Source: Intoshia linei
Taxonomy: Eukaryota > Animalia > Orthonectida
NCBI GenBank assembly: GCA_001642005.1
Contig: LWCA01000055.1
Span: forward strand, 1,890-65,889
Reading direction: 5' to 3'
DNA length: 64,000 bases
Shown here: piece by piece, positions 46,268 to 61,800 of the stretch
Layout: each line of letters starts with the position of its first letter
Position numbering within the stretch: position 1 is the stretch's first letter
Notes under the pieces: generated by a model
Databases searched by the model: none
What the model was told of the DNA's origin: nothing
What the model saw: the letters and a program-made list of their open reading frames with translations, nothing else
Translations under genes and position numbers: made by a program

Positions 46268-47697
46268 TCTTTACTTATATAATATGCTACGCAATATTTG
46301 TTTGTGTGTGTGTTACCGTTTATTTCAATAACTACCAGTCTTAGAATTTTATAAAGTCCACATCGTTTATTTCAATAACTACCAGTCTTAGAATTTTATA
46401 AAGTCCACATTTCAATTATAACTTTTTCTGGAAGTGCTAGCAACATAAATTTCAACCTCCCAAACTTACATCTTACGGGTCAAAAACACCAATTGTGCTT
46501 TTTTATGAAAATCAAACCAGTTGGAGAATTATTAAAAAAATATATACTTTGATACGGATTTTAAAATTATAAATATTATCATAAATTTAAATTTAAAAAA
46601 CATATATCTTCAGGGCCAAAACCAAATTACCTTTTTTTTTAATGAAAACAGACCTAGAATTTAAAAAAAATAAATGTGAATAAGTGACGCCTTCATAGTC
46701 AAAAAAGCATTTTAATTTTTATGTTTTTTTTTCCGAAATTTTTTTTTTAAAACAAAAAATGTGAAATAATTAACGATGCGAAAATTAAAAAAAAAGATTA
46801 TTCTGATAGAGCTTATTCCAGTTGATATAAATACAAAATTTCAACCTAGAAATCTACGCATTCCCGGTGAAAAATAATTTTAAATATATTTATTTACTCT
46901 ATCAACCAATATTTTTTAAATATTTCGATTAAAATAAAAATATTGATCCTACAATTTCAAAAAAAATGTACATTAAACGTCTACACATTTCCAATAAAGA
47001 AATATAGATGAAAATCTATATAATTCATTCATTCGGATTTTTTTTCATTGCTACGCAATTTTTAAATTTCAAATTCTCATTTTCAAAACATTTGGTTGCA
47101 AATTATTCAACTTAAACTGCAACAACGAAATTAAAAGTAATACGACTTTGTTAGTATCATTTTTATATTTATTACAATGCTTTGCAATATTGGTAAAATT
47201 CGCCTGAAATATGATTATTAAGTGAAGATTCCATTAATTATTGATACATAATTGGTATTTTTTATTATTTGTTTAAATAGGTACTGAATATATATTGTAA
47301 CATTGAAAATGACAAAATAGGTTTTTATAATTTTATTTTTTCTGGAATTTATGACAATGTTTAGGATAGGACTGTTTTTACTTTATTTTTAATATTATAC
47401 ACACATTCCGTCTAATAAATTAAAAAAATGGGATAACAAGTGTTTCTAAAATTCTTTACGCAAATGTTAACAAAACAAAATTAAGATAGAATAATTCACT
47501 TTAAAGTAAAAAGTAATGTGATATGACGATTCCACCTGAAACAAGTTTGGGAACCACTCTTTTAAAGGATTGATAATAGTGAATAATAGGATTTTTAAGT
47601 TATATTTTTAACGTGAATTTATTGTTTTGGTAGAATAAAAATGTGCCATCGGCAGAGCTAGTTGGTGTTTGTATTTAGTAAATAACAGTCAGCCTAG
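46268..47697 (+). mobile_element. Non-autonomous Helitron, 1430-bp copy with both termini
   Basis: A|TCTTTACTTATATAATATGCTACGC..(GT)n ... GGCAGAGCTAG..TGTTTGTATTTAGTAAATAACAGTCAGCCTAG|T, with an internal 47-bp tandem duplication at ~46317-46410. Confidence 0.85.
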
Positions 47698-48456
47698 TTT
47701 TTATATATCAGTCGAATTGTATTATATATTTTAAATAAAAATATGGATAATATTTGATGAGACTAATAAAACATTCAATGTTATTTATTATTTTATTACT
47801 AGTAAAAAATTTTAATAATTCTAATAAATTATGAGTAATATTGACACAATGAAATTAATGGTGGATAATAAACTAACTTTTCATACTACAACTATAATAA
47901 CTTGATAGTGTTGTATTTTAAATCTTTGCGGCAACTGCATCTTGTGGATCATAACTTTAATACATTTCATTTAAAAATTGGACACTTAAAACCAGTCTCA
48001 ATTTCCTGTATTTTATTTGTCATTGTATCCTTATAAACTACGGTATATTTACACTATTTTATTTAAATTCAATCATCTAAAATGTTTTGAATTTTAGATG
48101 GCATAAGCTTTTTAAGATGGCGATTTATGATATTAATTATTACTTTAAAAAATAAAAATATTAACAAAAAAAAAAAATAATTAAATTTGTTCTATAAAAT
48201 TGTGGGACTTTTTTAATTTTTAAATAAAAGGGTTATTTGTGACTTTCGCCCTTAAGATACCTATTTTAAATTGATATTTATGTTATTAAATCTATTTTAT
48301 TATTAAAATTTTTAGTAATATTGCCTAGTAATTTCGCTTTAATGGTCTGCCATAAATTTCATAAAATATTACATGTTCGCATGAAAAAAGTGTGGGAACC
48401 CTTGGCTTTAACATATAACATAAAATTTATTATCTATTTTATTTATTTATTAGTAT

Positions 48457-48830
48457 TAGGATGTCGCTTAAAACCATAATAATCAGTCATGATTTTTGAC
48501 AATTTTCGTTTTATGCTAGTCACACAAATAAGTCTATGTTAAATTTAATCAAAAATAAATTTTTCATTTCTTGTGCTATGCGTAACATGGTATTCGATCT
48601 GGAGCCTTCTATAACCGCAAGGTATCTTCCAATAATGGATTTAATGTTTGGAACTCGTATTAGTTTTTCAAGGCTTTCCTCTAATCGAGGAAAATCAGAA
48701 CATCTCTTAGCCTTTATCTGTATATTACCGGAACGCTCTTTCTGGCTTTTAGTTGTAGTATTAGAAACATTACACATTAAAATATCAGTAAAATCTATAA
48801 TCACAAGGCGCAAAATATCATTATATCAAA
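48457..48830 (-). mobile_element. hATm-like remnant
   Basis: TAGGATGTCGCTT terminus-like sequence at 48457. VPNIKSIIGRY..IAQEMKNLFL resembles LPTTKKVMGRY..TAKELHALWL of the 43860 ORF. Confidence 0.5.
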
Positions 48831-50058
48831 TTAAATGAATTGTTGATGTTGAATTAATAATAATGAAACAAGAATAATCGGTGTCTGATTGATGTCTAAC
48901 TAACAGGATTTAGGTAAATAGGATTACAAAGTTTAATGTAATTAATATTAATCAGAATCAAAGTATTCATTTTCCGGTTTAATTATTAATAATCCACAAA
49001 TATTTTATTTATAATATTTTATAACCACATAATACCGTTAACAATATATAAGTTCAATTAATAATAAATTGAGATTTATGAAAACTGTTTCCGTCGAGTA
49101 GTCTGATGTTTTTTAAAATTATGATATAATTTTAAATTAAAATTTAACGGAATTTTTGTACTTGAGAAAAATTCACAGTCCGTTAATCATAAATTTTTTT
49201 CCGTTAACGAGGAATTCCGTTACCAAGGAATTATCCTGTATAATGAAAATAAACTAAATGACAACGTTACGAAAAATATATTATATATATTTTAGCAAAC
49301 TATTTTGTCGACGTGGGCCTGACTTTTTGGAAAATTATACTTTAAAAACATAACAATCATAAATATACTTACATTTCTCATCATGTATGACCCTGTATTT
49401 TTTGTTTTGTGAAAAAGTTAACACCTAGTGTTCAATGAACACTGTTCATCTAACAATACAATTGTATTTTCATTGTTATGTAATTATAATTATTTAAGTT
49501 GTGCCGTTTTTACCATAAATCTCCATTCAAAGAGGTGTCTAATTTTTGAACCATTATGATTGTATTTAGTTGGTAGATTGTTATAGTTTCACTGGAACAA
49601 TTATTTATTGTATTATTTAGAATCTAACGGTTTTAACAAAGTCTTATTGTAACTAATAGAAAAAAATCAACTAAAAAAGTTGAAAGTGCGCTTTGTGGCA
49701 ACTTTGGTTTAAAACATTAAAAATTTTTAAATGTTGACGTGATTTTTTAATCCAACACCATTTTTATCAAAATTACAAATAATCAATTGAAATGTATTTA
49801 TTTGAAAAATTAACTAAAATTACACGACAAGGAAATATTATTGAAACCTTCAAATATTTCAAGAATTGTGTTGAATTGTTCTCATTAATAGAAAAACACA
49901 AAAAATATAAATTGGATGCAATTTTTACATCACAACGACAAATTATTAAACGTAATTTTTTTAAATATATTATTGTGGCCAAATTATGATATTAAATCTT
50001 AGTCTGATAAGAAATATTTTATATTGTTAATACATATAATATTAGATTAAAATAATTA

Positions 50059-50201
50059 ATAGTCACGTTCAATTACTTCAATTTTAGTTTATTTGGAGTT
50101 TAATGTAAAGCCAAAATTACATATTTATGATTGCAAAAAATATTTTTGGCTTAAAATTGTTTCTAAATAAACTAAAATTTAAGTAATCGAACGTGACTAT
50201 A
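50059..50201. repeat. Small palindromic MITE
   Basis: ATAGTCACGTTCAATTACTTCAATTTTAGTTTATTT...AAATAAACTAAAATTTAAGTAATCGAACGTGACTAT. Confidence 0.8.
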
Positions 50202-50925
50202 TCGAGATATCACTCTACCTATATTTTTATATTTCAGAGAGCGATAGTTTATTAATAACTAGCTTCAGCCCCTCTTTGCGACTCTATGAAATTTTTGTAA
50301 AAATGGTGGCTCATTTTTCTATATTAAACTTTTTACTTTACTTTTAAATATCATACCAATTTTGTGTGTCAATTTTAAATTTCCAGACTCTGGACGCATG
50401 GAGATAGATGGTGGTTATATGGTACTGTACATCATTTGGATTTTTAGATATTTTTAGATAAAAGGTTAATATTTTTTTGACATTGTCTGATGAAAAATAT
50501 GGGCATAATGTATGAAAAATGCATTAAATATAATGCACTCAAATATGGGATATAATTGAAAATCTCAGACATAAACATTTTTAACGCAGACTATTTTAAA
50601 TAATTTTAATGAAACCAATTGTACTTTACTATATGTTTATTTTACTAATTTTTGAACACTAATTATACAATGTACAATTTATACGATGAGATTTTGTCTT
50701 TTTTTTAATTTAATTTAGCTGAAATGTAAAAATCTAAATACAATGCATTGTAATGTATTTGTAGATTCTACATATTGTACTAGATAATTTCTGTAATTTC
50801 ATGAAAGTATCCAACCAGTGTATCGGTATTATCGAAAAATTTTTCGATATAATCCTGCCTGTTTTTGTGTATCGATAATAAGTTTTTTTGATTTTTGATT
50901 TTTTAATTTACATGTACTATTTTAG

Positions 50926-53220
50926 AAAAAACAATAGAATTAATGGAACAATTGAAAAAATTAAATTTAAAATGCATCTTCAGACCCAATGAAAATATTG
51001 TATTCGATTTGTGCAAAATGTATGAATGTTTACAAATGTTGATTAAAATAGACCATAATGAAATATACTTAAACCTGATAAAATTAGTTGGATATTTATC
51101 TCAAATGCGAAAAGTAAATGTAGATGAATTATCCAAAATTATTATAACATTGATTGAAAAAGAAATTAATTTAATGGATAAATCTACTCAATTTACCCTT
51201 TCTGACAGAAAATTGGCTTGTTCCGAAATAATAGACATGTTGATAGTTTTAACAAGTGATAATATTCATAAATTTGCAAAATTATTTACCAATAACAGTC
51301 TACTGGATTACATTGAAAAATATATTTTTAACCCTGATACAGGATTATTTTTGTTTTACGATCTTGATCCCGTCATGAGATTGTTGGGCGCAGAACCGTC
51401 ATATTTGAAAAGATACGATCTTGTGATTAATCTGAATATTGTAAAAAGTTTATGCTGCGATTATTCGAGTTGGATAAAAGTGTTTAACACTTGTGAAACT
51501 ATTGAGTTTCCTGTGGAAACTATTCGAAATTATCCTTTAGGTGAAATAATACTAAGAGATTTTCACAATCAGTATCATAATCAGTATGAATCCCAAAAGA
51601 AGACTGTAGCTATAATTACAAACGTAATCTCGAATAGTTTAGTTTGGATACAAAAAGACTTGAATTATAAAAATGTGATGGCTTGTAGCAGTGAAATACT
51701 TTTACAGTACACTCACAACGATAATTGTTATGATTGTATTAATGAATTAACTATCGGGAAAATTGTGATTGTGAATCGGAATGTTTTTGCATTTTTGGGA
51801 TTTGTTGTCCATATTGTAAATCGAAATGAAATATACATAATAAACATAATGACTGGCATGCAATCTATTTTTAACAATAATCATCTTTTCAAGATTAATC
51901 GACATCAAATTAATGAGTTGATGATTAGTAGTGCAGAAATTTGTAAATTAAAAAGTTGCGTTTTTTTTTACTTTTTTTAAATTTTATTTAGATGTAAAAA
52001 TTGACCTTGAAAAATTTAATTTCCAGCGACTATTCAAAATGGTTTCACAAATGTATCCAATTTATAAAAGTTATTATTTTTTGAATTCTTACATTCATAC
52101 AGGGTATTACTTTGTTGGTATTTTCATTGGAATGATCCATTTATAGGGATTTTGTGGAATTTGAAATAATTTAATCAAAGTGACTACCTTAATTGAAAAT
52201 TTATATAAATTTTATATTTATATTCATTTTAGATGTTGTAACACCTGAAGTGTATAAAGTAATGTTAAACCCAAAAATTGTGGAACCTTTTGTATATAAT
52301 CAATCCTGTGAATTTTGGCAATTTATAATTAGTGATCTCGAATACAGAAAGGATCATAATTTATATAAATTTGACATTGAATGGAGAATAATTCGATTAT
52401 ATCTGAGTAATGCATGTGCGTTTTGTAAATTCATTTTAATTTTAATTTTAGATAAAATGTTGAAAGAAATTTTGAATAATGGATATGTAATATATGAAAA
52501 TTACAATATTTTACGCAATGTTATCAATCGGGTAGACTTGTCGGATAATTTTGTATATGCATTTTATAAAAAATACTTTTATTTCAATCACTTTGAAAAA
52601 ATTTTACCATTTTTTGGTGATGATTTTAAATTTCTATCACAGTTTAGCCAATTTATTAAACAGGATAGCTTTAATTCACATCAATATGTTCCTCTTGAAA
52701 ATAAACCCTTTAGATTGTTTAAATTTTAATCTGTCATTTATTCAATTTGTTGTATATATATGTTATTAAACGTATTAATGTTTTTTTAATAGTCAGTGTT
52801 TGTTAAATATTATCAAATTATCTTGTACTAGCTTGAATATTTAAACTATTTACCGGGTGTAACCGTATTACTATTTTTGGTATAATTAGAAATCTTTATT
52901 TTGTGAATCTGCATTATTCAGTTTTTTACATTACAAGTAGTATTTGTAATTTATATTATTTTACGAGGATATGATTGAAATGCGAGCCCGTTACGGTGAA
53001 ATTTTAGGACTGGTCAGTTTTAATGTCTTAGAAGAAAAATTTCAGATTTTTCCATTTTAATCGTTTATAATTATTTAATTAATTTTTGGTAGATTTCTCT
53101 TTACATGTATAAAGTAATTTATAGCTAAAAATTAATGAATGTGAATGTTTATTTTAGAAAGTAAGAAAATTAAAGTTATTTAAATATCAATTTCCGATGC
53201 AGTCTTTCAAAAGTAAGGTT
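50926..53220 (+). CDS. Unidentified multi-exon protein, probably with further 5' exons at ~49.6-50.6 kb
   Basis: A 345-codon ORF follows a TTTTAG acceptor (50925), with exon-like blocks at 51992, 52233, 52452 and ~52930. No family recognised; boundaries approximate. Confidence 0.55.
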
Positions 53221-53655
53221 TTATCCCAAATTTTATTTTCAGAAATTGATTTCATCAGGGTTAAATACCCAAATGACCTTTTTTTTTTGAATAAAATTAA
53301 TTTTAAGAAATTATATAATATACTGCCTTAATCATATTTTCTAATGCAGATTCTAAAACCATGAGCATTATCATAAATTTTATTTTTAAATACTTATATC
53401 TTGACGGTCAAACCACAAATTACCCAGTATTTTGAATAATGGGGAAAAAATTTTGCCCTATAATTTTGAAAAACACCGCATCTAATACAGCTTTTTCCAA
53501 TAAACATACTCTAAAAATGTCAATATCACAAATTTAAGCGTTCACCTTCAAAAAAAATAATTTAATATTTACTCGTTTTTAACTTTAAACCAGTGGTTCT
53601 CAACAAGTGGAGGGGATAATTCAGAAATTAAAAGTGTGTAATTCATACCATATAC

Positions 53656-54410
53656 TAGTGATTGTTATTTCCCGGGTCCCGGGAATTTCCTGGGAAAAAT
53701 AAAAAAATTTTATTCATACATAATATAGAAGCATTAAAAATTTTAGAGACTTTAATTAATTTTAGAAATAAAAAGAAATTTAATTAATGAAATAACACGA
53801 ATCTAGATTGTAAATTTACAAATTTAATTAGAAAAAAATTTATTTATTTTAGATTGTTGAAAAAGTGTTTCAAAACACATATAATATTGATAGATTCGTC
53901 TTTTAAACGCTTCAACGTTTTGTAACGAAATTAGATCAGTAGAGAAATTTCTTTCATTTTGTGTTGACGTAGGTTGAACGGTCATAAGTCTTTTAATTTT
54001 AATAATCTTGATAATAGCGTTCCAGTTAGTAACAACTCATAATGTTTTTCAAAATAATATTGGAAAAAGAGGATAATTCCCTTAAGCGTTAGTAACTTGT
54101 GGTTGGAATACGATTTTTTATTTGTGGTTTTATGAAGTGGATTTTTTTCATAAGATTTCGTAAAATCGGATTTTTGAAAAGAATATCGGAGTAAGTCAAT
54201 TTTTCCATGAGGGCTTGAAATGGTATTTTTGATTAAATTTTAGTAGTTGTGGGATTTTTGAAATGTTAAATTTTAAATATTATAATATGATCATATTTTT
54301 ATAGTAATAACAAACATAAATCAAATACAGGTATGTCTCAATTTTTTTCAAAAAATTTCCCGGGAAATTTAATTCTTGGAAATTATTAAATATCCCGGGA
54401 TAAAAAATAT
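53656..54410 (-). mobile_element. hAT element remnant with CCCGGGA subterminal repeats
   Basis: CCCGGGA/TCCCGGG clusters at both ends; LMTVQPTSTQNERNFS at ~53945-53990. Confidence 0.6.
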
Positions 54411-54495
54411 TAAATTTTCACTTAGAGAAAATATATGAGAACTCTATTACCAAATAGTATTTAGAAATTAGAAATTTATGGTAGAATGGGGTGTT

Positions 54496-55566
54496 CAGGG
54501 CCAACCCAAGAGGCTAGTTAATGGAGTGCGAACGAAGAAAGCAATATATTTAACTTTGCCTAAGACGAAAAAAATTTTAGGGGCGTCTCTTGTAATTTCA
54601 TTTAAAGGTTGTTATACATAGTTTCCGAATTTGTATTTTTTCGCAAAAATAAAAAAAAATGATTAGATCAAAAAAAGAGAAATTAATTTTGTTTATTAAA
54701 TAATCCTAAATCAATTAGGTCCAGTCTTTTTGGATGAAGTATTGCGAATTCATTAATAAAACTTTCAATATCAAAATTATAGTCATAGTGGCAATTCATG
54801 AGGGCCAGTCCACATAGACGATTACCAGTCATTGTTGATCTTGAAAAGGTTTTTAATATTTTCAAAATACTAATGGAGCGTTCACATTCACATGTGGTGA
54901 TTGGCAATGTTGCTAAAACAATTAAAAGTTGTTAAGTATTTGGGAACAAATTAGAATTGCAGCTTTCGATTAATTGTATGATAGTGGTCTTTGAATCAAG
55001 TTCTTTTTTTTCCATCTAGTATATTCTGCTTTGAGAACCTAATCTAATGATATGCATGGTACAAATAATTCATATTTTTCTGTAAATTCTTTCAAATCTT
55101 CAAAATGACTTGTTTTGAAATAAGTGGGATATAGGTAAAATCCTTTCAAAAAAACTGATAAATCGTAAGCTGAGTTCAGCTAAAATAGAATCGAGAAAAG
55201 GAATTGCAATGTTTATTTTAAAAAAACTCTCAATGTCAGATCCCTCTATATTTGATATGTTAGCTTGTTTCTTTGTACAGCGTGGTTTTTTTCTTCAATA
55301 TTTAAAGAGAAGGAAAACTCTTTTAAAGCTTCATACCACTCATGAAAATGATCATCAATTTTTTTCCCGTATTTTTTTTAATTTCCTTTTTTTATTGTTA
55401 GTCTCTTTGTATGCACTTGCAATATCTAAATCTTTTTCTTGAAGGAGCGTTGTCAAGCCATATAAATTTGAAACATTTTTAGTTATTTTATAAAACATTA
55501 ATTAAAAATTTTTTTGAAAAAATTTAGGGGTGCAACTGCACCTTCTGCACCCCTGAATCCGCCCTG
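54496..55566 (-). mobile_element. hAT (Tip100/ZMYM1-like) element with transposase remnant
   Basis: Termini CAGGGC...GCCCTG; LPITTCECERSISILKILKTFSRSTMTGNRLCGLALMNCH and IAIPFLDSILAEL. Confidence 0.8.
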
Positions 55567-55869
55567 GTGTAGTACGTTTAATGATTCAATTTATCCCCAG
55601 TTCTTAATCATTATTAGTAAGTATAGTTATAAATCTTACGATAAAATACATCATGTATCATAAAAATTGTAGATAAAGAAATCTGTGTCCCCGATTTTTT
55701 CCATTCATGTAATATATTGATAAGGAATATGTAATTAACCAGTTAAATTAATTTGAACGGAAACTATTGAAATAAACTGGTTTGACAATAAATTGCCTTT
55801 AATATTTTTTAAACGATATTTTTTATCATTTACAATTATTAATTATAAAATTTTAATACATTACAAAAA

Positions 55870-58800
55870 ATGCCGTCTCCGACTAAAGATGATGCAATTA
55901 ATAAAGACTATCAGGATAATAGCGACGATAAAACAGGTAAATAATGATAAATATGATTTATTAATAATTTTCAAAATAAGGATTAAAGGATAAAGTAAAT
56001 GAAATGAAACAAAAAGTAGATGAGATGAAAGAAAAGGTTAATGAAATAAAGGAACAAATTAGCAATTTTTATTTGCAAGAATCATTTCATAGTGACGATG
56101 ATTTCATACACATCAACCGAATTACTCCTGACTTTAACGTAAACAAGAATAATGAAGGTTTGACAACAAGTAATGAAAAAGTTGAAAAATCTGAAAAAGA
56201 TAAAAGTTGCATGGATAATACAAATAAAATGTTAAATTTACGAGACGTGGGTCCGATTGACAATAATTTTGTATTTATTGACCATATTCTTAACAACAAT
56301 CCGAAAGACATGCAAAACAATGTTAAAATTAGATATGATGAACAAATCAAAATGGATGAAGTTAGAAAAGATGATGGTATTCGAAAATATGAAATAAAGC
56401 TATTAAATTCAGAAAAAACTGATTCAATGGAAAATTGTACGGTTAAAAAAATTGGTGGGAAAAAATCTAAAAAGAAGAAAAGTAAGTTTTTTCTGTTTTA
56501 TACATTTCCTAGGACCTAGTTGACTGCTATGTACTTGGTACAAACAGCACCTAGATCTGAAAAGGGTGGACTTTTTTATTCTACAAAAAATAAATTAAAT
56601 AATAAAATCTTACTTAAAAATAATACATTCTCTATTATCAACCCTGAAATTTCATAAATTAACATTGACCGTAAAGATATAAGATTTTGAAATAGACATT
56701 TTGAATAATAAAATTGCACATTTTTTAGAATTCTAGGACTCATTTCAATTTTTAAAAAAATGATAATTGGGATTTTTAACCTTGAATCATTAATTTCTAT
56801 AAATCAAATTTATGATAAAATAGGACCCTCGAAAAACGATATTCGAAAATGGTAGTCTTAAAACTCCACACATATTACTTTCTGAAATAAATAGTAACAA
56901 AAAAATCACAGACATACGTTAGTGAGTATATTTTTAACTAAATTACTTTATGTAAGTTAAGATATTACGTTTTAATAATAATTTTAAATAGAAACTGCAA
57001 AACCAAATCTTCAACTAATGTATATTGACAAAAACGGACAATATGTTACACTCGATCCGAAAACAACTGGAAAAAAAATTAGAGATCAAATGACATTAGA
57101 TTTAGAAAAGTCAAAACTGGAAAATGAAAGAATTGAAAATGAAAAAATTGAAAAAATTCGAATTGAAAAGGAAAAAAAGGAAAAGGAAATTGAAAGAATT
57201 AAAACGGAAAAAATTGAAATGGAAAAATGGAGAATTGAACAAGAAAAAATTAAAATGGAAAAAATTGAAAAGAAAAGGATTAAAAATGAAAAACTTAAAA
57301 AAGAAAAAATTGAAAAGTATGAAAAATCTGAAAAATTAAAATTTGAAAATGAAACTGCAATGTTGGAAACTGAAAAAAAGATTGAAAATGACAAAGTAAA
57401 TAAAATGGAAAATAAAGAAAAAGTCGATAAAGGAAATGAACATATTTATGTGATTGAATCTAATATTGAAACTGAAAACATTGAAAGTAACCAATTAACA
57501 GAGATGCTAGTTGAAGAAGCTGTAAAAAAACTAAATTTTTTTGATTTGATGCAAATGATTAATAAAATTAGTTATTCTGATAAATTAAAATTTCTAAAGT
57601 CAATTGAGAAAAGTAACAAGATTTTGAATCAAGAAAACATCATAAATGTTGATAAAAAAAGTAAAGGTGAAACAAAAATTGTTGAAAAAGTTGTAAGATT
57701 TGAGGAAAGTATTATAGAAAAATTTGAAAAAAAGTTCCAAGATTCTATAGCTGATCCCATCAATAAATCTTTACTATATTCTGTGCATAGTGCAGTTGAA
57801 GCATCAAATAGGTTACATAAAAAAAAGAGTATTGATAACAGTAAAGATGAAGAACATAGATCAGAGTACATTTTTATTATGAAATATTTTTATATATTTT
57901 TTACTCAATTTAGTATGATTTTGATATATTAATGTCAATTTTAGGGTTTTTCACGTTTTTTCTTAATTCGGAAACAGTAGGCTTTTATGTTACAAAAATT
58001 TTTCGGATTCAAAAAAATCCCTTTGAGGAGAGCCTCAATGTATTTTACGGTAGATTCGGATCTGTGTATCGAGCACAGCCTTCCGGTTGTAAAAATATAT
58101 ATAGTCTACATCAGTGGTTTCCGATTGGGGTCTATGGAGCCCTTGGGTCAAAAACTATATGCCTAGGGATAAGTGAGATTCAAATAAAGTATAAAAAATA
58201 AATTATTAATTTTGTTTATTTTTAATATTTGTTGTAATACTGTTGTTTTATGTTGTCTTAATACAGATGTTGCGAATTTACCACAATGTTTAGACGGCAG
58301 CTATATTATTATTTAAATAATACCATTTCAAATTCTCTGGAAAAAATCGACTTTTACTGATATTTTTTTGAAAAATTCGATTTTACAACATCTCGCCAAA
58401 AAAATTCAAAAATACATGAAATCCCAAAATTAAAATTAGTCTTTTCCAAAATTTTTTTTAAAATACAATTTTACCAAATCTCATGAGAAAAACCGTTAAA
58501 TGTTTCATAAATTTTATATTTCACTAGCTTGACTGTTATGTACTACGTACAAACAGAATCTAGCTCTGATGAGGGCACATTTTTATTATACTAAAAAAAT
58601 TGGTAAATTCGGTATTGGAAATCTGTGGACTAGGATCAATATTTACATTTTTAATTTTTATTTTAATCGAAATATTTAAAAAATATTGGTTGATAATATA
58701 TTAAAAATTATTTTTCATCGGGAATGCGTAGATTCCTCGGGTTGAAATTTTGTATGTATATCAACTGGAATAAGCTCTATTAGAATAATTTTTTTTTTTA

Positions 58801-61800
58801 ATTTTCGGAGCGTTAATTATTTCACATTTTTTGTTTTAATAAAATATTTTCGAAAAAAATATACAAAAATTAAAATGTTTTTTTGACCGTGAAGGCGTCA
58901 CTTATTCAGATTGAAATTTTTTATGTGTGTTAACAGGATACAACTGTACCACCTGTAAATTTTTTTAAATTCTCCAACTCGTTTAATTTTCAAAAAGAGG
59001 GACAACAGCGGTTTTTGACCTTTAAGATGTGAAATTGGGAGATTGAAATTTATCTTATTATACGTTCCGGAAAAAACTGTAATTGAAATGTGGTCTTTAA
59101 AAAATTTTAAAAATGCTATTTATTTCAAAAAAGTAACACACACAGACAGACACACAAACAAAAATCGCGTTGCATTTTATATAAGTTAGGATGTTTTCTT
59201 TGAGGTACAAAAAAATAATTATTTGAAATGGGGATTAGTACACTATTTGAATCAGGATTCCCGAAACTACTGGTCTAGATTGATTTATTGACAAAACTCG
59301 AAATTTTTCTATTTGGATTAGATGTGATGAGGATTAGAATGATTTTTAATATTTTAACTGAATAATGAATAATTTTAGAAATGAAATGGAAAATAAGACA
59401 GTTAATAACGACGAAAAAAATAAAAATAAAATTAAGAAAAATGGCAATAATTCAAAAATGCAAAAAAACAAAAATGAGATTTTATTTGAAAATTCTTATG
59501 ACTTACACGATAACTCGTGGAAACAGAAAAATAAACATAAATCAACCAAATATACAAAAAATTCCCCCAAAAAAACATTTAAAAATCAGAATATCCCTAA
59601 ATCAACAGATTCATACCTGCAATCTTATAAAACTGTACAAAATAAAAATAAAATTGTTACAAAAGGAGTGAAAGATGCCTCCAATGAATCAAAAAATGAA
59701 AAAATTGAACATAAAATGAAGGACGATCATATTAGAGTAGATCAAAATATTGTTAAAACACAAAAACATTCTAAACACACTGAAGATCAAATAAGAACCG
59801 TTTTAAGAAAACAACCTGTAGACGTTTGTTTAAAATGTGTTGCAGCACTAACCGTCACAAATAAACTAGATTTTTCTGTAGTTTCGAGTTGTGCAAATTG
59901 TACCATAAAATTGTACGAAGATAGTGGTTATTACATTACACTACGTGATTATCGCAACATTTTGAGAAATGTTGAAAGAAATGCTACTCGTCTGTTTAAT
60001 GAAGAATGTGGCAATGAGGAACAAATTGAAGATGTAAATAAACCTATTCAAGAGCATGATTGTAACCATAAACAAAAAAGGGATGACTCAGATAATGATC
60101 AAAGTGGGGCAGGAGGTGGAAACTATCCAAACCGACAATCTCACAAGAGAGGTAAAAATTATTCCGGAGGTACAAATGGTCGAAATATTCAATCTGATAA
60201 AAAAAAACAAAATGGAGGTGGAAACACGAAAAGTAAAAAATATGGTAAAACGAGACATGGAAGCGGAGGTGCAAAATGTAAAAATCTTGAAAGTCTCAAA
60301 ATTACTAGAAATAAAAGTGAAGGTGGACATGTTGGAAATATTAAATCTGAACTAAACCAACATGGAGGTGGAGGTGTATTTAATGAAATTTTTCAACTTG
60401 TCAAGTTAATTGGAAATAAGAATGGAGGTAAAAATATTCAAAATACCAAGTCTGTCAAAGCAAACCAAAGTGGAGGTGTAAATAATGAAAATTCTCAATT
60501 TTGCAGGGTAATTAGAAATAAAGCTAGAGGTGCAAATATCCGAAATATTAAATTTAAAATAAAACAAAGTGGTGGTGAAGATCATGGTGTAAATAATATA
60601 AACCATAAATTTGAAAACGTAATTCCAATTAAGAGTGGAGGTGCTAATGTTGGAAATATTAAATTTGATAAAGGAAAAAAAATTAGAATTGAATGTGTAA
60701 ATACAAAAAGTAACAATTATTTTTATGAAAGAAAAAATGACGGTAATGTAAATCATCTTGATCAACTTGCCCAAGTTAATGGAAGTGCAAATTTTGGAAA
60801 TATTAAAGATAATAACAAAATTATAACCGGAGGTGTAAATGTAAAAGTTAAAACTGGTGAGACTGCAAAAAAAAATAAACTTTATTATGGAAATCGAAAA
60901 TATCTACATATTGATGACTATAAAGACCGAAAGAACAAAAATGGTCAAAATACTATTGGAGGAGATGAGTTGAGAAATTATCGATTATCTCAAATGAAAA
61001 AATATAAAATTGATAATTCAAATTACGGAAAAATTCCATATAAAAAAAATAAACTGGACAAACGAGTAGATCATCCATATTATATTCTCGACTCAAAATA
61101 TAATAAGATGGATGTAATTACTAATGGTCATACAAATAACGAAATTGGTAATTTTGACGTACGACTTGAAAATATGGACAGACATGTAAACGTAGAGAAT
61201 ATTGAATCTAATAAACGACTAAAAAAATGGATTGAAGTTGTGAAAAAGGTTAGTGCTAAATTGGATGAAATATGTCCAAAGGGATATATTTCATCTCGAA
61301 ATTTTAACAATGATGTAGAATTTGAAAAATCGAATGTATGTGCAAATCAAAAAGCACCTCAAACTCTAATTCCACCTCTACCAGCCAACAAGAAACATAT
61401 TAGTGATAATGACGTTGCTGAAAAGGAAAAAAATGTATCAAATTGCAGAAAATTGGTCGTGTACGAAGACGTTGAAAAAAATGCATGGTACCAACCAGAA
61501 ACCTTTAATCAACATTTCAATTATAATTATCCAAACAACAAAAAAAAAATTGAAAAATATCCATTTTCAAGTATCAATGAATCGAAACTAGCAGATACGC
61601 TGAATCGTAAACTACGTCAAGAAAATGTGGTTATAAAAAGACGTATTCGAAAAAACAACCTACTATTGCAAATCAATAATGAACAAAATATGAAGGGACC
61701 ATATAAAAAATTAATAAATGAATATAAATCGAAACATGTTGAAAAAAAAATGTTGTCAAAAAACCCTCCACTTTACACTACCAAAAGTAATATAAAAGGT

